DNA of 64,000 bases from Macrostomum hystrix (GCA_950097015.1 CATNEN010000005.1:2294001-2358000), one strand, 5' to 3'. Shown: positions 12,000-23,790, numbered from the stretch's first letter. Numbers and translations: made by a program. Notes: a model not told the origin generated them from the letters alone.

Positions 12000-14900
12000 A
12001 TGTTGATAAAATTGCTTATATTCTTGTTAATACCGATGCCGCAGTTTATAAGCCTATCTGAGGCTGCAGTGCTCTCAGGAAAAAGGCAATACAAACCGGC
12101 TAGAAGAAGTCGCCCGATTGATATGAGAACAAAAGATTCACCGTTTAGCACTGCTAGCACCAGTCCGTTTATGTTCCTACAGCGCAACGCTATCAATAAT
12201 CCGGTTTTTTACCTGCACTCTGGGTTAGTAAACCAGCTGGTAATCATACCTTGCTACTTAGCCACTGACAGCACACAATTCGCCTATGACAATGGGACAG
12301 ATATGGCTTGGTATAGACGACTGGAATCTGTGCATAATCCAAGAGCTTTTCCTAGCATTAGCGACAGTCAGGGTCGCATTCTGGTGAGACAATGCTTAAA
12401 TGTATGTTTTATGCAGTCTAATCTGCAGGAAGATATTCTAAACCGTTAAGAATGGATTTTATAATTCTAGTTAGAAGGGATTCTAATCCGTTTGGAGGGA
12501 TTCTAACTCATTAGAGGTGATTCTACACCGTTATAATTAGGGATTCTAATCCCGTTATAATTAGGGATTCTAATCCCGTTAGAATTAGGGATTCTAATCC
12601 CGTTAGAATTAGGGATTCTAATCCCGTTAGAATTAGGGATTCTAATCCCGTTAGAATTAGCGATTCTAATCCCGTTAGAATTAGGGATTCTAACCCGTTA
12701 AATAGGGATTCTAGCCTATTAGAATTAGGGATTCTAATCCATTAGAATTAGGGATTCTAATCCCGTTAGAATTAGGGATTCTAATCCCGTTAGAGTTAGG
12801 GATTCTAATCCCGTTAGAATTAGGGATTCTAATCCCGTTAGAATTAGGGATTCTAATCCCGTTAGAATTAGGGATTCTAATCCCGTTTGAATGGATCTGT
12901 GAAGCCCAGCCACAATTGATCTACGATTTGTTTCAGATTCTTGAACCTCTTATCGGTTACAGCTGGTACTTGTGTGACACGGCGTTCACTGCCAAGCTGA
13001 AGCACGCGCAGAATTACAATCAATTCTACAATCAGTTCAATATGGGCCAGTTAAAAATGGATTGGAACTATTATCAGGACTTTTCTGAGTTTAACAAGGG
13101 CCAATTCAAGCATTACATTTTCGTTAATGAGCTGTCTGTCACTGAGATTTTCATATTCATGAATGCTTCCATGGCGATACAACGAACAGACATAGCATTC
13201 GAGATGGAACAGATGATTAAACCAGAGGAGATAGGGTGCGTGTGACGAGCGTCTCACTGACTGTTCTGTATTCTGATTTCTCATGGCCGATTTTCCATCT
13301 ACCAAATGACCCACGTTCCATCTACCAAATGACGCACTTTCCATCTACCAAATGATGCACATTCGATCTACCAAATGACGCACTTTCCATCTACCAAATG
13401 ACCCACGTTCCATCTACCAAATGACGCACTTTCCATCTACCAAATGACCCACGTTCCATCTACCAAATGATGCACATTCCATCTACCAAATGACGCACTT
13501 TCCATCTACCAAATGACCCACGTTCCATCTACCAAATGACGCACTTTCCATCTACCAAATGACCCACGTTCCATCTACCAAATGACGCACTTTCCATCTA
13601 CCAAATGACCCACGTTCCATCTACCAAATGATGCACATTCCATCTACCAAATGAAGCACTTTCCATCTACCAAATGACCCACGTTCCATCTACCAAATGA
13701 AGCACTTTCCATCTACCAAATGACGCACTTTCCATCTACCAAATGACCCACGTTCCATCTACCAAATGATGCACATTCCATCTACCAAATGACCCACGTT
13801 CCATCTACCAAATGATGCACATTCGATCTACCAAATGACGCACGTTCCATCTACCAAATGACGCACTTTCCATCTACCAAATGACGCACGTTCCATCTAC
13901 CAAATGACGCACTTTCCATCTACCAAATGACGCACGTTCCATCTACCAAATGACGCACTTTCCATCTACCAAATGACCCACGTTCCATCTACCAAATGAC
14001 CCACGTTCCATCTACCAAATGACCCACGTTCCATCTACCAAATGACGCACTTTCCATCTACCAAATGACGCACGTTCCATCTACCAAATGACGCACTTTC
14101 CATCTACCAAATGACCCACGTTCCATCTACCAAATGACGCACTTTCCATCTACCAAATGACGCACTTTCCATCTACCAAATGACGCACTTTCCATCTACC
14201 AAATGACCCACGTTCCATCTACCAAATGACGCACTTTCCATCTACCAAATGACCCACGTTCCATCTACCAAATGACGCACTTTCCATCTACCAAATGACC
14301 CACGTTCCATCTACCAAATGAGCCACGTTCCATCTACCAAATGATGCACATTCGATCTACCAAATGACGCACTTTCCATCTACCAAATTACCCACGTTCC
14401 ATCTACCAAATGACCCACGTTCCATCTACCAAATGACCCACGTTCCATCTACCAAATGACGCACATTCCATCTACCAAATGATGCACATTCGATCTACCA
14501 AATGACGCACTTTCCATCTACCAAATGACGCACTTTCCATCTACCAAATGACCCACGTTCCATCTACCAAATGACGCACTTTCCATCTACCAAATGACGC
14601 ACTTTCCATCTACCAAATGACCCACGTTCCATCTACCAAATGACGCACTTTCCATCTACCAAATGACCCACGTTCCATCTACCAAATGACGCACTTTCCA
14701 TCTACCAAATGACGCACTTTCCATCTACCAAATGACGCACTTTCCATCTACCAAATGACCCACGTTCCATCTACCAAATGACGCACTTTCCATCTACCAA
14801 ATGACGCACTTTCCATCTACCAAATGACCCACGTTCCATCTACCAAATGATGCACATTCCATCTACCAAATGACGCACTTTCCATCTACCAAATGACCCA

Positions 14901-17520
14901 CGTTCCATCTACCAAATGATGCACATTCCATCTACCAAATGACGCACTTTCCATCTACCAAATGACCCACGTTCCATCTACCAAATGATGCACATTCCAT
15001 CTACCAAATGACCCACGTTCCATCTACCAAATGACGCACGTTCCATCTACCAAAATGACGCACTTTCCATCTACCAAATGAGCCACGTTCCATCTACCAA
15101 ATGAGCCACGTTCCATCTACCAAATGTCCCACGTTTCATCTACCAAATGACGCACGTTCCATCTACCAAATGACATACACGCACACAGATACCGTACGCA
15201 GGCACACGCACACACAGGTGTGTACATCTGCCCTGACTTTCTCATCGTCAGGCAGTGTATACTCTCACTGTGCCTTGGAGGTTGGCCATCAGGGGCGTGA
15301 ATTGCATGACAAGCCCCCAAGCCTTCTCACCGCGGCTGCGGCCCAAATAAATGTGGCCTAGCCGTGGAATCAAACTCAGTGACCTTGGTGCGAGAGGCAA
15401 ACGCGTTAACCGCTCTGCCACTCACCCCCACCAAATGAGCCACGTTCCATGCATCAAATGACCAATAATCCGTCCACCCAACGACTGCCTTATCACCAGG
15501 CTAATTAAGATCACACTTCTACGCATTCTGGAGGCAGAGTGTCGCGATAATCCTGAATTATTCTGCGAGAATCCCACCGTAGACCTAGTCCTGCCAATAA
15601 TTGACAGCGAATCCAGCATCACAATGCAGAGCAGGATGAAGATGTACTTGTCTAACGAGCGACTACTCAAACTTGGCGCGGACTCGTTCATTCAGAATCG
15701 AAAAAATGCAATTAAAAGGGTTGGTTTTACTCTGATCGTATCGTTGCTAGCTCATATTCTAGTAGATGCCGTCCAAATGATCAGCATTCAGCATATATCG
15801 GAATTTGAATTTATATAAAAAATAGATATCAACTTTTAATCCGTTTCAGTTTTTATCATTTATTATTTTCTTTCTTGTGATTGCTTGTTTATTATGTTTT
15901 TTATTTTGTTATAGTACTAATATAGTTTTATTAGCAATTTAATAATCACATTAAATAGTGTTTATTCTTTTTTATCAAACATTGACATGAAGTTTCGTTT
16001 ATAAGCATCTATGACGTGCCTTTTTGCTTTTTCTAAGCATAGAAAAATAGATTATAACAAATAATATTTTTTATACCTGATTCTGTATTCACTTTATTGA
16101 TCTTTCACTATCTATCGATTTTTTCTATCTATCGGTTTTTATTTATTGATATCTTTAATTTATTTTTTTTATCTGTACTTTTTATTTATCGACTTTTTCA
16201 AGTTTTTTATCGATCCTTTTATCGATTGATTATCGAATTCTTCTTCCGTTTAACGATAGTTAATTTTGAACTTAAGTCGTCTTGTCCATAACAACAAAAT
16301 TGTTTTAAACTGTTTTCTTCGATGTTCTCAGATATCTGTCAAATGGGACATCACTAGCCAATCGGTGGATCTGGGCGGGCTCAACCTACTCAATCGATAT
16401 CCGATGATCTTTAAATTATCGATCACATCTATGGTGCAGGCCAAAAGCGACTGCGTTGGCAGCGGATCATATCTGAGCGTCAAATATGATTGGGAATGTG
16501 GTAAGTGAGCTCCACTCGCGATGATTATCCCATTTACGCCCTTGAAGCGTGGTTAATAACGTTACTTTTGCTTAAGTTCTCCAAGCGCCCTCTGAATACT
16601 ATTGGCCCGTGTTGCATGATGGGGTTTCTATTTTTAGAATACTTTATCAACCCAATCACGTGACTAGCCATATCGATCAATAATATGCCAGCCAATCACA
16701 ACCGCCTAAAACTATCACGTGACTTTCTATTAATTTGGCGATTCGCTCAGTTCTGTGCCGCCCAGGCTACTATCTCGAGAACCAGCCGTGGGTTCAGGCG
16801 GCCTCGGAGACCAATTCAATCTGTCACCTGTGTCCAGTGGGCAGCTACAGCAGCGAATGGGGTAGCGTGGTATGCCACGAGTGTCCACCGGGTCAGACTA
16901 CTAGAGAAGTTGGCTCTACCGCAGTTTCAAAGTGTATTCCGACTGCCGCCTACGAACTGGAGAATAATATTAAAGAGCTGCTAACCTATTTCCGTGTGCG
17001 GGCGGCAGATGACTACAAAAAGTACACTCTGCTAGCTGCTATTCTACTCGCACCTTGGGTCCTGTTTGTTATTTTTGTAAGTTACGGATCTATATTATAG
17101 ACGTAAATTTCTTGTTGTGTAAAGTTATGGTTAGGGGTGTGTCAGATGGCCTTGAAAGAGCCAGGATCACGTGATGGGATGATGCATCAGCTTGACCAGA
17201 ATGTTTTGATAATTAACACTGATATTTAGACATGAGATTTAAATGTTGAGAAACGCTGAGATTTCGACGTTGTGAGATTTCAGCGTTGTGAAATTTAGGG
17301 TTTGAGAAATGCCTTCTAGTTACGAAAGAGTAATAACATGACAGTTAAGACTAATTGAAACTTCTAATTTACAATGCAGCTGCTTGTGACCATAGCCTAC
17401 GACAAGACCGAGATATCCGACGCGGAGCATCGATTCAAACTGGAACGCGAGCTGGGTCGAATTCTACTCCAGATTCGTCGAAATTATAACACTCTTGTAG
17501 ACGAGGACTTACGCTTGTAA
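12000..17520 (+). CDS. Type-I membrane protein, 512 aa: signal peptide, Ig-like domain, helical region, Cys-rich CxxCxPGxY (GCC2/ephrin-receptor-like) repeats, TM, short tail; ZPBP/Sp38-like architecture. Exons 12000..12383, 12937..13235, 15500..15719, 16332..16500, 16751..17076, 17380..17520
   Basis: All five introns are GT-AG with matching phases (0,2,0,1,0); CDS 1539 nt, open to TAA 17520. Hydrophobic N-terminus MLIKLLIFLLIP; Ig-like IIPC...AWY...GRILIL...SWYLC; ECVLCRPGYY...CHLCPVGSYS...CHECPPG; TM YTLLAAILLAPWVLFVIFLLVTIAY spans the last junction. Confidence 0.85.
12470..12890. repeat. 24-bp minisatellite (ATTAGGGATTCTAATCCCGTTAGA) in intron 1 of the Ig/Cys-rich gene
   Basis: About 15 near-perfect copies plus a degenerate left edge; each has TTAGGG and the dyad GGGATT-CT-AATCCC. 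Confidence 0.95.
13290..15170. repeat. 23-bp minisatellite (TTCCATCTACCAAATGAC[G/C]CAC[T/G]) in intron 2
   Basis: About 80 copies; three main variants (GACGCACTT, GACCCACGT, GATGCACAT); one or two more units follow the SINE at 15427-15465. Confidence 0.97.
15175..15426 (-). mobile_element. tRNA-derived SINE, family A, copy 1
   Basis: Minus strand head GGTGAGTGGCAGAGCGGTTAA (A box)...GAGTTTGATTCC (B box); GT-rich tail; homologous to 36311-36460. Confidence 0.7.
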
Positions 17521-18459
17521 CCTTTGGTTGGGGAAATTTTTCTAGTGCTTGTCGTACTACTGACTCTAGTGCAGTGAGTAGTTTATGTATAGAATATTTT
17601 GTTAAGTAAACTTTTTTTCTTTTTAGCTGTAAAAGGAGAAACATAAGTCTGTAAACATGTCATCTAATAATATATACTAGCTTTGCTTTTGCTAGAGAAA
17701 AAGTTTTTGATGTTAAGAGATAAGATTTTATGAACACTAAAAATATAATTAACTTATTAAAAACCGTTTTAGATAAATAAAAAAAGATAACTAACCCACT
17801 GGGGGAAGATTTACAGACTGACAAAACCACACCCAAGAATTTATTGCTCAAGGACTTCGATTGATTCCTTCAGGTTGAGATTCGAACCCCCGACCTTTGA
17901 GTAAATTCACTCCAAGTTGGACCCAGTTTGTAAATCACATTTTTGCAGAGAAATCTAGCAAAAATTCGGCGATATATACTCGTTCATTCTACTTAGACAG
18001 TAGTTAAGGAGCGAAAATTTCGGCGAAATCTACAATAATTATTTTCATACCCTCAGCACATTAAACTAGAGTATTTAAGCGTGTATATATATGGTGTGGA
18101 ACAAAAGTACATCAGGTTGCTGCAGTCAAAAATATCTGCTTTCCAGGCCAATTGAAAAAGATAATAGTATACTATATTACTAGAATGAGTGTAGAAGAAG
18201 ATTGAAGAACTAGTGGCTCCACCTATTTGCGTACACCCCCCTGCCCTGCGACCCTCGTGCGCACACTTAAACAATTTGACAAGTCCATTTTTAAGAGTCA
18301 GGCCATATTTTGTTCCATTTAGTTACAATTGACAGACTGCATGCATGATATAAAGTATAGGAATTTGCCTAAGACTACAACAGCATATACATATCACTTG
18401 AGTGTAAGGCGTAAGCCATGCTATACTCCTTTACATTCTGCATATCACTAGAACTAGCT

Positions 18460-18730
18460 GAAGTTGAATTAGTAGAATTTGTCGAGTTAACGGATGTTTA
18501 CAAGTTAACCGAAGTTGATGAGTTAACGGAATTCGACAAAGTAACGGAAGTTGGAAAGTTTCGAAACTTTTACGAATTGATAGAAGCTGACGAATTAACG
18601 GAAGTTGACGAGTTAGCGGAAGTTGACAAGTTAACGAAAGTTGACGAGTTAACGGAAGTTGACGAGTTAACGGAAGTTGACGAGTTAACGGAAGTTAACA
18701 TGTTAACTAATTTTAACGAGTTGACTAAAT
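18460..18730. repeat. 18-bp repeat (GGAAGTTGACGAGTTAAC), locus 1
   Basis: About 13 variably degenerate copies; gives the TEVDEL-repeat ORF. Confidence 0.85.
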
Positions 18731-19282
18731 TTGGCGAATACAGAAGATTTCTTGACTTTTTGCGTCAACTTTTTCGATTGGTTCATCGAATGGTCTTTTA
18801 AGAATGATTGACAGAGACTGACATTGCACGGAAATGGAAATAGCGTTTCACAATGTGCTGGGAAAATGAGGCTTCTGTGACATAATTTAAATACATTCGG
18901 AGATGCTGGAATTGGAAGCATATGCACTTTCAGCTAGCATTTTAGCTTTTTACTCAACTTATTTTGCCATACACTACTCCACTCTATACTGTATGATAGA
19001 GGCCCTCGTTTAGCAAAAAACATTTCCGCAACACGATCTGTTAGAGAAGAGAAAATATTTTCGTGGGACTCGTAAAATTCAAAGATTTTCACACGAAGCT
19101 GGATCGCAAAGAGACTAGTGGAGTTAATTGAAATTTGAACGTGGAAAGTACTTTTACCTTGGACTTTCACAAATATGTTTTTTAGGTTTTTCTATCAGCT
19201 TTTCTCACGAAAGACCCCACGATTATTATCTTATGGTCATTAATATATGTACGAGTAGTTATATAGTAAGTTTCTTATCTAT

Positions 19283-19595
19283 ATAATAATAATAATAATA
19301 ATAATTGATTACACCTGCCCCAATTGGGTCAGATGTGCAGCCGACAGCACAGCCGCAGCTAATGCGCGGCGCATCTGAAGGGTGCGTACAGCTGTTCAGT
19401 CCATGGACTGGGGGGACGCCACACCCACCTTCAATTATCCCAGCTGATGCTGGTACCCATTTAACAGCTGGGTGAACTGAAGCAATGCAGAGTTAAGTGT
19501 CTTGCTAAAGGTCACAAATTGTTCCTGTGGAGTCGGGAATCGGACCCCCGACCTTGAAGTCGTGAGTCCGACGCCCTAACCACTAGACTACAACC
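19283..19595 (-). mobile_element. tRNA-derived SINE, family B (MIR/CORE-like central domain), full-length copy with (TTA)n tail
   Basis: Minus strand: GGTTGTAGTCTAGTGGTTAGGGCG (A box), GTCCGATTCCC (B box), then GTGACCTTTAGCAAGACACTTAACTCTGCATTGCTTCAGTTCACCCAGCTGTTAAATGGG, ending in TTA repeats. A second copy lies at 22288-22544. Confidence 0.85.
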
Positions 19596-20591
19596 TACTA
19601 TATCTATATTATCTTATCTATATGCATTATATTATACGCATGTGGGTTTCTAAAAAGCCGAAGCTTAAGTTAGCTGAACAAAGTTTTTATAGTCGAGCTT
19701 CGGGAGATAACGATTTTTTAGATAGATTAAACTAAAGTTGTTAGAGGCAAATAAATAATAGTTATTCCTTATTTTTCTGTCTAGTGTCGAGACAGTTTTT
19801 CTCTCATGTGTACATTTATTTAGTGTTTCGCAGAGATCCGCTACTTTGGTCTCTGTGACCCCACAGTACACGTCTCGTAGTCAGTTTAAATTTAGTGCAA
19901 ATTCGGCATTTTACCCACATTCTCAATTCTGGACAAATATGAAATGAGGTCCTGGTCTATATGTACATCGTGAGGGCATTCCTTCCTCGAAGTCTGATTT
20001 AGTGTACATTCATATATGGTATGATCATCATCCTGGCGGTGAACCAATTTGGGCGATGAATCTATTTTTAGATTATGTCCAGTGACTGATGAGGTTTCCT
20101 TCCTCCTCTATTTACCCTCCACCCGCAATATCAAGTCCAGACCATAGAGCTTTAATGCTCGCTCCAGTAGAATCACGCCACCCGCGCGTGCGCCAACCCC
20201 AACCTCCTCACCCAACCAGCACTTTTCTTTCCAAAATGAGGGTGGGTGACTGCTAACCAAGCACGAAGGATTGTAATTGGAGTAGTGTACGTTTCTCTCT
20301 TACCCTGACATTTTTGGATCTTCGTGCCTGAACACGTCATCGTAAAATCCTCCTGCCTCTCTTCGAAGTCTGAATGTGAGCGTGGCGTACAACGGACGGA
20401 AATTACGGACTATATAACAAACTTTAAAGACAAATTTTTACCGACGGAAGACGTTAGAAACTAGAAGAAGTAACGTCAAGCTAACTTTTGAAGGACATTT
20501 TAAATTATTTATTGCAGAAAAGCTGCTGATTTAGGCTCTAGCTTTACCCAGACACAAATCAAATAGGTAAAAGACGACCTATTATTTTAGA

Positions 20592-23249
20592 ATGACTCGC
20601 TTGTTTTCTTCATTGACGCACTATTTGCGAGACGGCGATCACGAGCGAGATGAGCCGACAACAATTAGCAGCGCTCAAGCTACTATTATTGAGACAACTG
20701 GCAACGCTAGACGAGACAGTTTGCCGAAAGGCATGACGGAGGAAGAGGTAAGGTTTAGATAGCTAACCATGATCTACATTTTTCACATCTGTTGGCATAA
20801 ATATCAAGTCACTAAAAATGCATCACTTAGCTAATTATAGAATGTATGATTCCCGTTTCATCCCTTTAAAAAACTCAGTGTCTCCTTGATTTCCCAAGTG
20901 GCTTACAGCATAATTTAGCGAAAAGTACAATTGTGAGGCTTGAGTTAAATGCCATCGCGTAATGAATTATTTGTCGTTTTTAAGGATTTGTAATGGGAAG
21001 AGAAAATAAGAGAAGATGGATCTGAAAAGAGGAGTGAGAGGAAGGGGAGAGGGATCTGAAAAGAGGAGTGAGAGGAAGGGGAGAGGGATCTGAAAAGAGG
21101 AGTGAGAGGAAGGGGAGAGGGATCTGAAAAGAGGAGTGAGAGAAAGGGGAGAGGGATCAGAATAGGGGAGTGAGAGGATGGGGAGAGGGATCTGAAAAGA
21201 GGAGTGAGAGGAAGGGGAGAGGGATCTGAAAAGAGGATTGAGAGGAAGGGGAGAGGGATCTGAAAAGAGGAGTGAGAGGAAGGGGAGAGGGATCAGAATA
21301 GGGGAGTGAGAGGAAGGGGAGAGGGATCAGAATAGGGGAGTGAGAGGAAGGGGAGAGGGATATGAATACGAGAGTAAGAGGAAGGGGAGAGTGATCTGAA
21401 AAGAGGAGTGAGAGGAAGGGGAGAGTGATCTGAATAGGGGAGTGAGAGGATGGGGAGAGGGATCTGAAAAGAGGAGTGAGAGGAAGGGGAGAGGGATCTG
21501 AAAAGAGGATTGAGAGGAAGGGGAGAGGGATCTGAAAAGAGGAGTGAGAGGAAGTGGAGAGGGATCTGAAAAGGGGACAGAGAGAAAGGGGAGAGGGATC
21601 TGAATAGGGAGGAGAGAGAGTGAGTGGAAAGACATCTGAAAATGGAGCAGAATAATTTAAATCAGTTGATTATTTAGTCCTTGCTACCTGTTCGCAATCC
21701 TTCTCTCTTCCTTGCCTCGCAGGTCTCGCGGCTGCTAGCTCAGCGACCAGCCCTACTAGACTCAGCCTGGGATCTCCTTCAAGATCCCAACTGGCAGTTG
21801 GCCGTTGAGAAAGGTTCAGTTCGAGTTTTATCCCAAAAGTCCAGGCACAGAGGCACAGGAAAGGCTTGGCGATTAGAGACGCTGGTTAATCTGCCGGCTG
21901 ATCGGATGTTTGAAGAGGTGATTTAGCCTGGATTTTTGTGATTTTTAACGGAATCCTATCGGATACAGGCAAATCAGTTTTTTTAATAGTTTGAACACAA
22001 TTTTTCTGATGAAAAGCCAGTTTACTAGAGTCGCTTAAATAAGATAAATAGTTAATTATCGCATCTTAACGGTATTGAATAAATTAACGAAAGTCGACAA
22101 GCTATCGGTAACTGAGAAGTTGACGAGTAAACGGTCCAAGTATATGATTTAACGAAATTTGACGAGTTAACGGAAGTTGACGAGTTAGCGGAAGTTGACT
22201 AATTAACGTAAGTCTGAAAAATTAACGGAAGTTGAATAATTAACGGAAGTTAGCTATTTAACGGAATTTGACGCGTTAGTGGAAGTTGTATATGCAGTCG
22301 ACAGTTTAGTCGCAGATATTGCGCGGCGCATCTGAAGGCTGTGTACGGCTGTTCAGTCCATGGACTGGGGGGACGCCGCACCCACCCTAAATGCTGGTAA
22401 CCATTTAACAGTTGGGTGAACTGAAGCAATGCAGACTTTTGCATGTGTCTTGCTAAAGGGCACAAATTATTCCAATGGAGTCGAGAATCGAATCCGTGAC
22501 CTTCAAGTCGCGAGTCCGACGCTCTAACCACTAGGCTACAGCCCCTTTACGTATATACAATCTTGAACTCAGTTTTTACCCATTTCAAATACTCAATTCG
22601 AAAGGTTTGGGATCGAGTTGACCAGCAGCCTTCGTGGAATCCCAACCTTGTCCTATCCGAGATTGTTGCTAGGCTCAGTCCGGACGCGACTATTTTGCAC
22701 AACGCCACCGCCGACACCGCAGGCGGCCTCATTAAAGCGCGCGACTTTGTCACTCTGTGCGTCAGAGAGCGACGCTCCGGCGTCCAGTTCACTGGTGGCG
22801 CGGCCATCGAGACTCCGCTGGTGCCGCCACTAACAAAAAAATTTGTGCGCGGCGAAAACTTCCCCGGCTGCATCGCCTGCCTGCCTGTGACGTCATACTC
22901 CTGCCAGCTGGTCTGGATCATGGACTCCGATATTAAGGTAATGTCTCCACTATCCTATTTGTATTTCTTCCAATTTTCTAGAGTCACTAGTCTTCAAAGT
23001 TGTATTGTAAAAGGGTTTCTGTCCTTATTTAATAATTACAGTGTTCTTCCAATCCAACAAAAGTGCGAACAGAACTTCCTACTTGTCCAATCAATTCAGG
23101 GCTGGATTCCAACCGGCATCATCGACTCTGCCATGGCCAGTGTGGTTGCCCAGCTAGGCCAGAGTATTCAACAATTGGCCAGCAAGATTGTTGTGAAAGA
23201 GAAGCGCACCATTTCCATAGCAGATGACGATCAGGCTTCAAGTAGTTGA
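20592..23249 (+). CDS. START-domain lipid-transfer protein (STARD1/STARD3-like), 277 aa; exons 20592..20747, 21723..21917, 22605..22937, 23100..23249
   Basis: Three phase-0 GT-AG introns; START motifs WQLAVEKG, MFEEVWDRVDQQPSWNPNL, GGLIKARDFV, VRGENFPGC, VWIMDSDIKGWIP. Confidence 0.9.
21010..21640. repeat. 34-bp purine-rich minisatellite (GAGGGATCTGAAAAGAGGAGTGAGAGGAAGGGGA) in START intron 1
   Basis: About 18 copies, almost pyrimidine-free on the + strand. Confidence 0.95.
22070..22287. repeat. 18-bp GGAAGTTGACGAGTTAAC repeat, locus 2 (degenerate)
   Basis: Same unit as 18460-18730, in START intron 2. Confidence 0.75.
22288..22544 (-). mobile_element. tRNA-derived SINE family B, copy 2 (3' tail missing)
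   Basis: Colinear with 19330-19595 (GCGCGGCGCATCTGAAGG, GTTCAGTCCATGGACTGGGGGACGCC, GGGTGAACTGAAGCAATGCAG); A/B boxes at 22480-22540. Confidence 0.85.
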
Positions 23250-23629
23250 AATTGAAGCAGAAGATTGAAAAACGTACGAAAACTGTCATGTTTGTAGATT
23301 TTATCTGCTAGTTTTTTCATTTTAGATGGTACATTCGATGTACTTTCCAGATATTCAATATTAGGATTGAAAATTACAATTATTATTAATTAGAAGATGT
23401 TCTGACTGCTGGAATTAATAAATAATAATTATATTTTATGTCTTATAGTAAGACACTTAATACCAGCATTAGCTGGGATAGAACTTTTGGTAGGTGTCCA
23501 GTCCTTGCTCAATAGCTACGACCAACCTGGGTTATGTGCCATGTAGATAATTCTCTCTGCCTAGCTAGTGTACAATTTAATGTACATTTTGTCAAGGGCA
23601 ACTTATATTCAAATTGGGCTTTCGAAATT

Positions 23630-23790
23630 TGATTGGCTTCGGTTAGTCACGTGCTCGGGTTTCGTAAAGTTAGCATGTTCTAAAAATAGCATCAAAATGA
23701 GAATGAGCAATCATTGCTTGTAATTAGTGCGCATGTACGCTATAAATGTGCATATGAAAGTACACAACGGAAGTCCACCTTCCCAGCATG
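23630..23790 (+). promoter_or_regulatory. Possible core promoter for the downstream polyQ gene
   Basis: E-box GTCACGTG (~23646), TATA-like GCTATAAATG (~23738), Ets-like CGGAAGT (~23768). Motif clustering only; no transcript evidence. Confidence 0.25.

Noticed and set aside
18418-18801. TEVDEL-repeat 127-aa ORF
   Set aside because: Product of the 18-bp repeat; the second locus of the same repeat contains in-frame stops.
18703-19200. Minus-strand multi-exon gene from ORFs 18934-19170 and 18703-18927
   Set aside because: Possible small introns exist, but phase-consistent joins hit stops quickly and no recognisable domain results.
19520-22544. tRNA genes at 19520-19595, 22470-22544, 15360-15426 and 36311-36375
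   Set aside because: A/B boxes are present but the cloverleaf stems are imperfect and each continues into a shared repeat body, so they are SINE heads.
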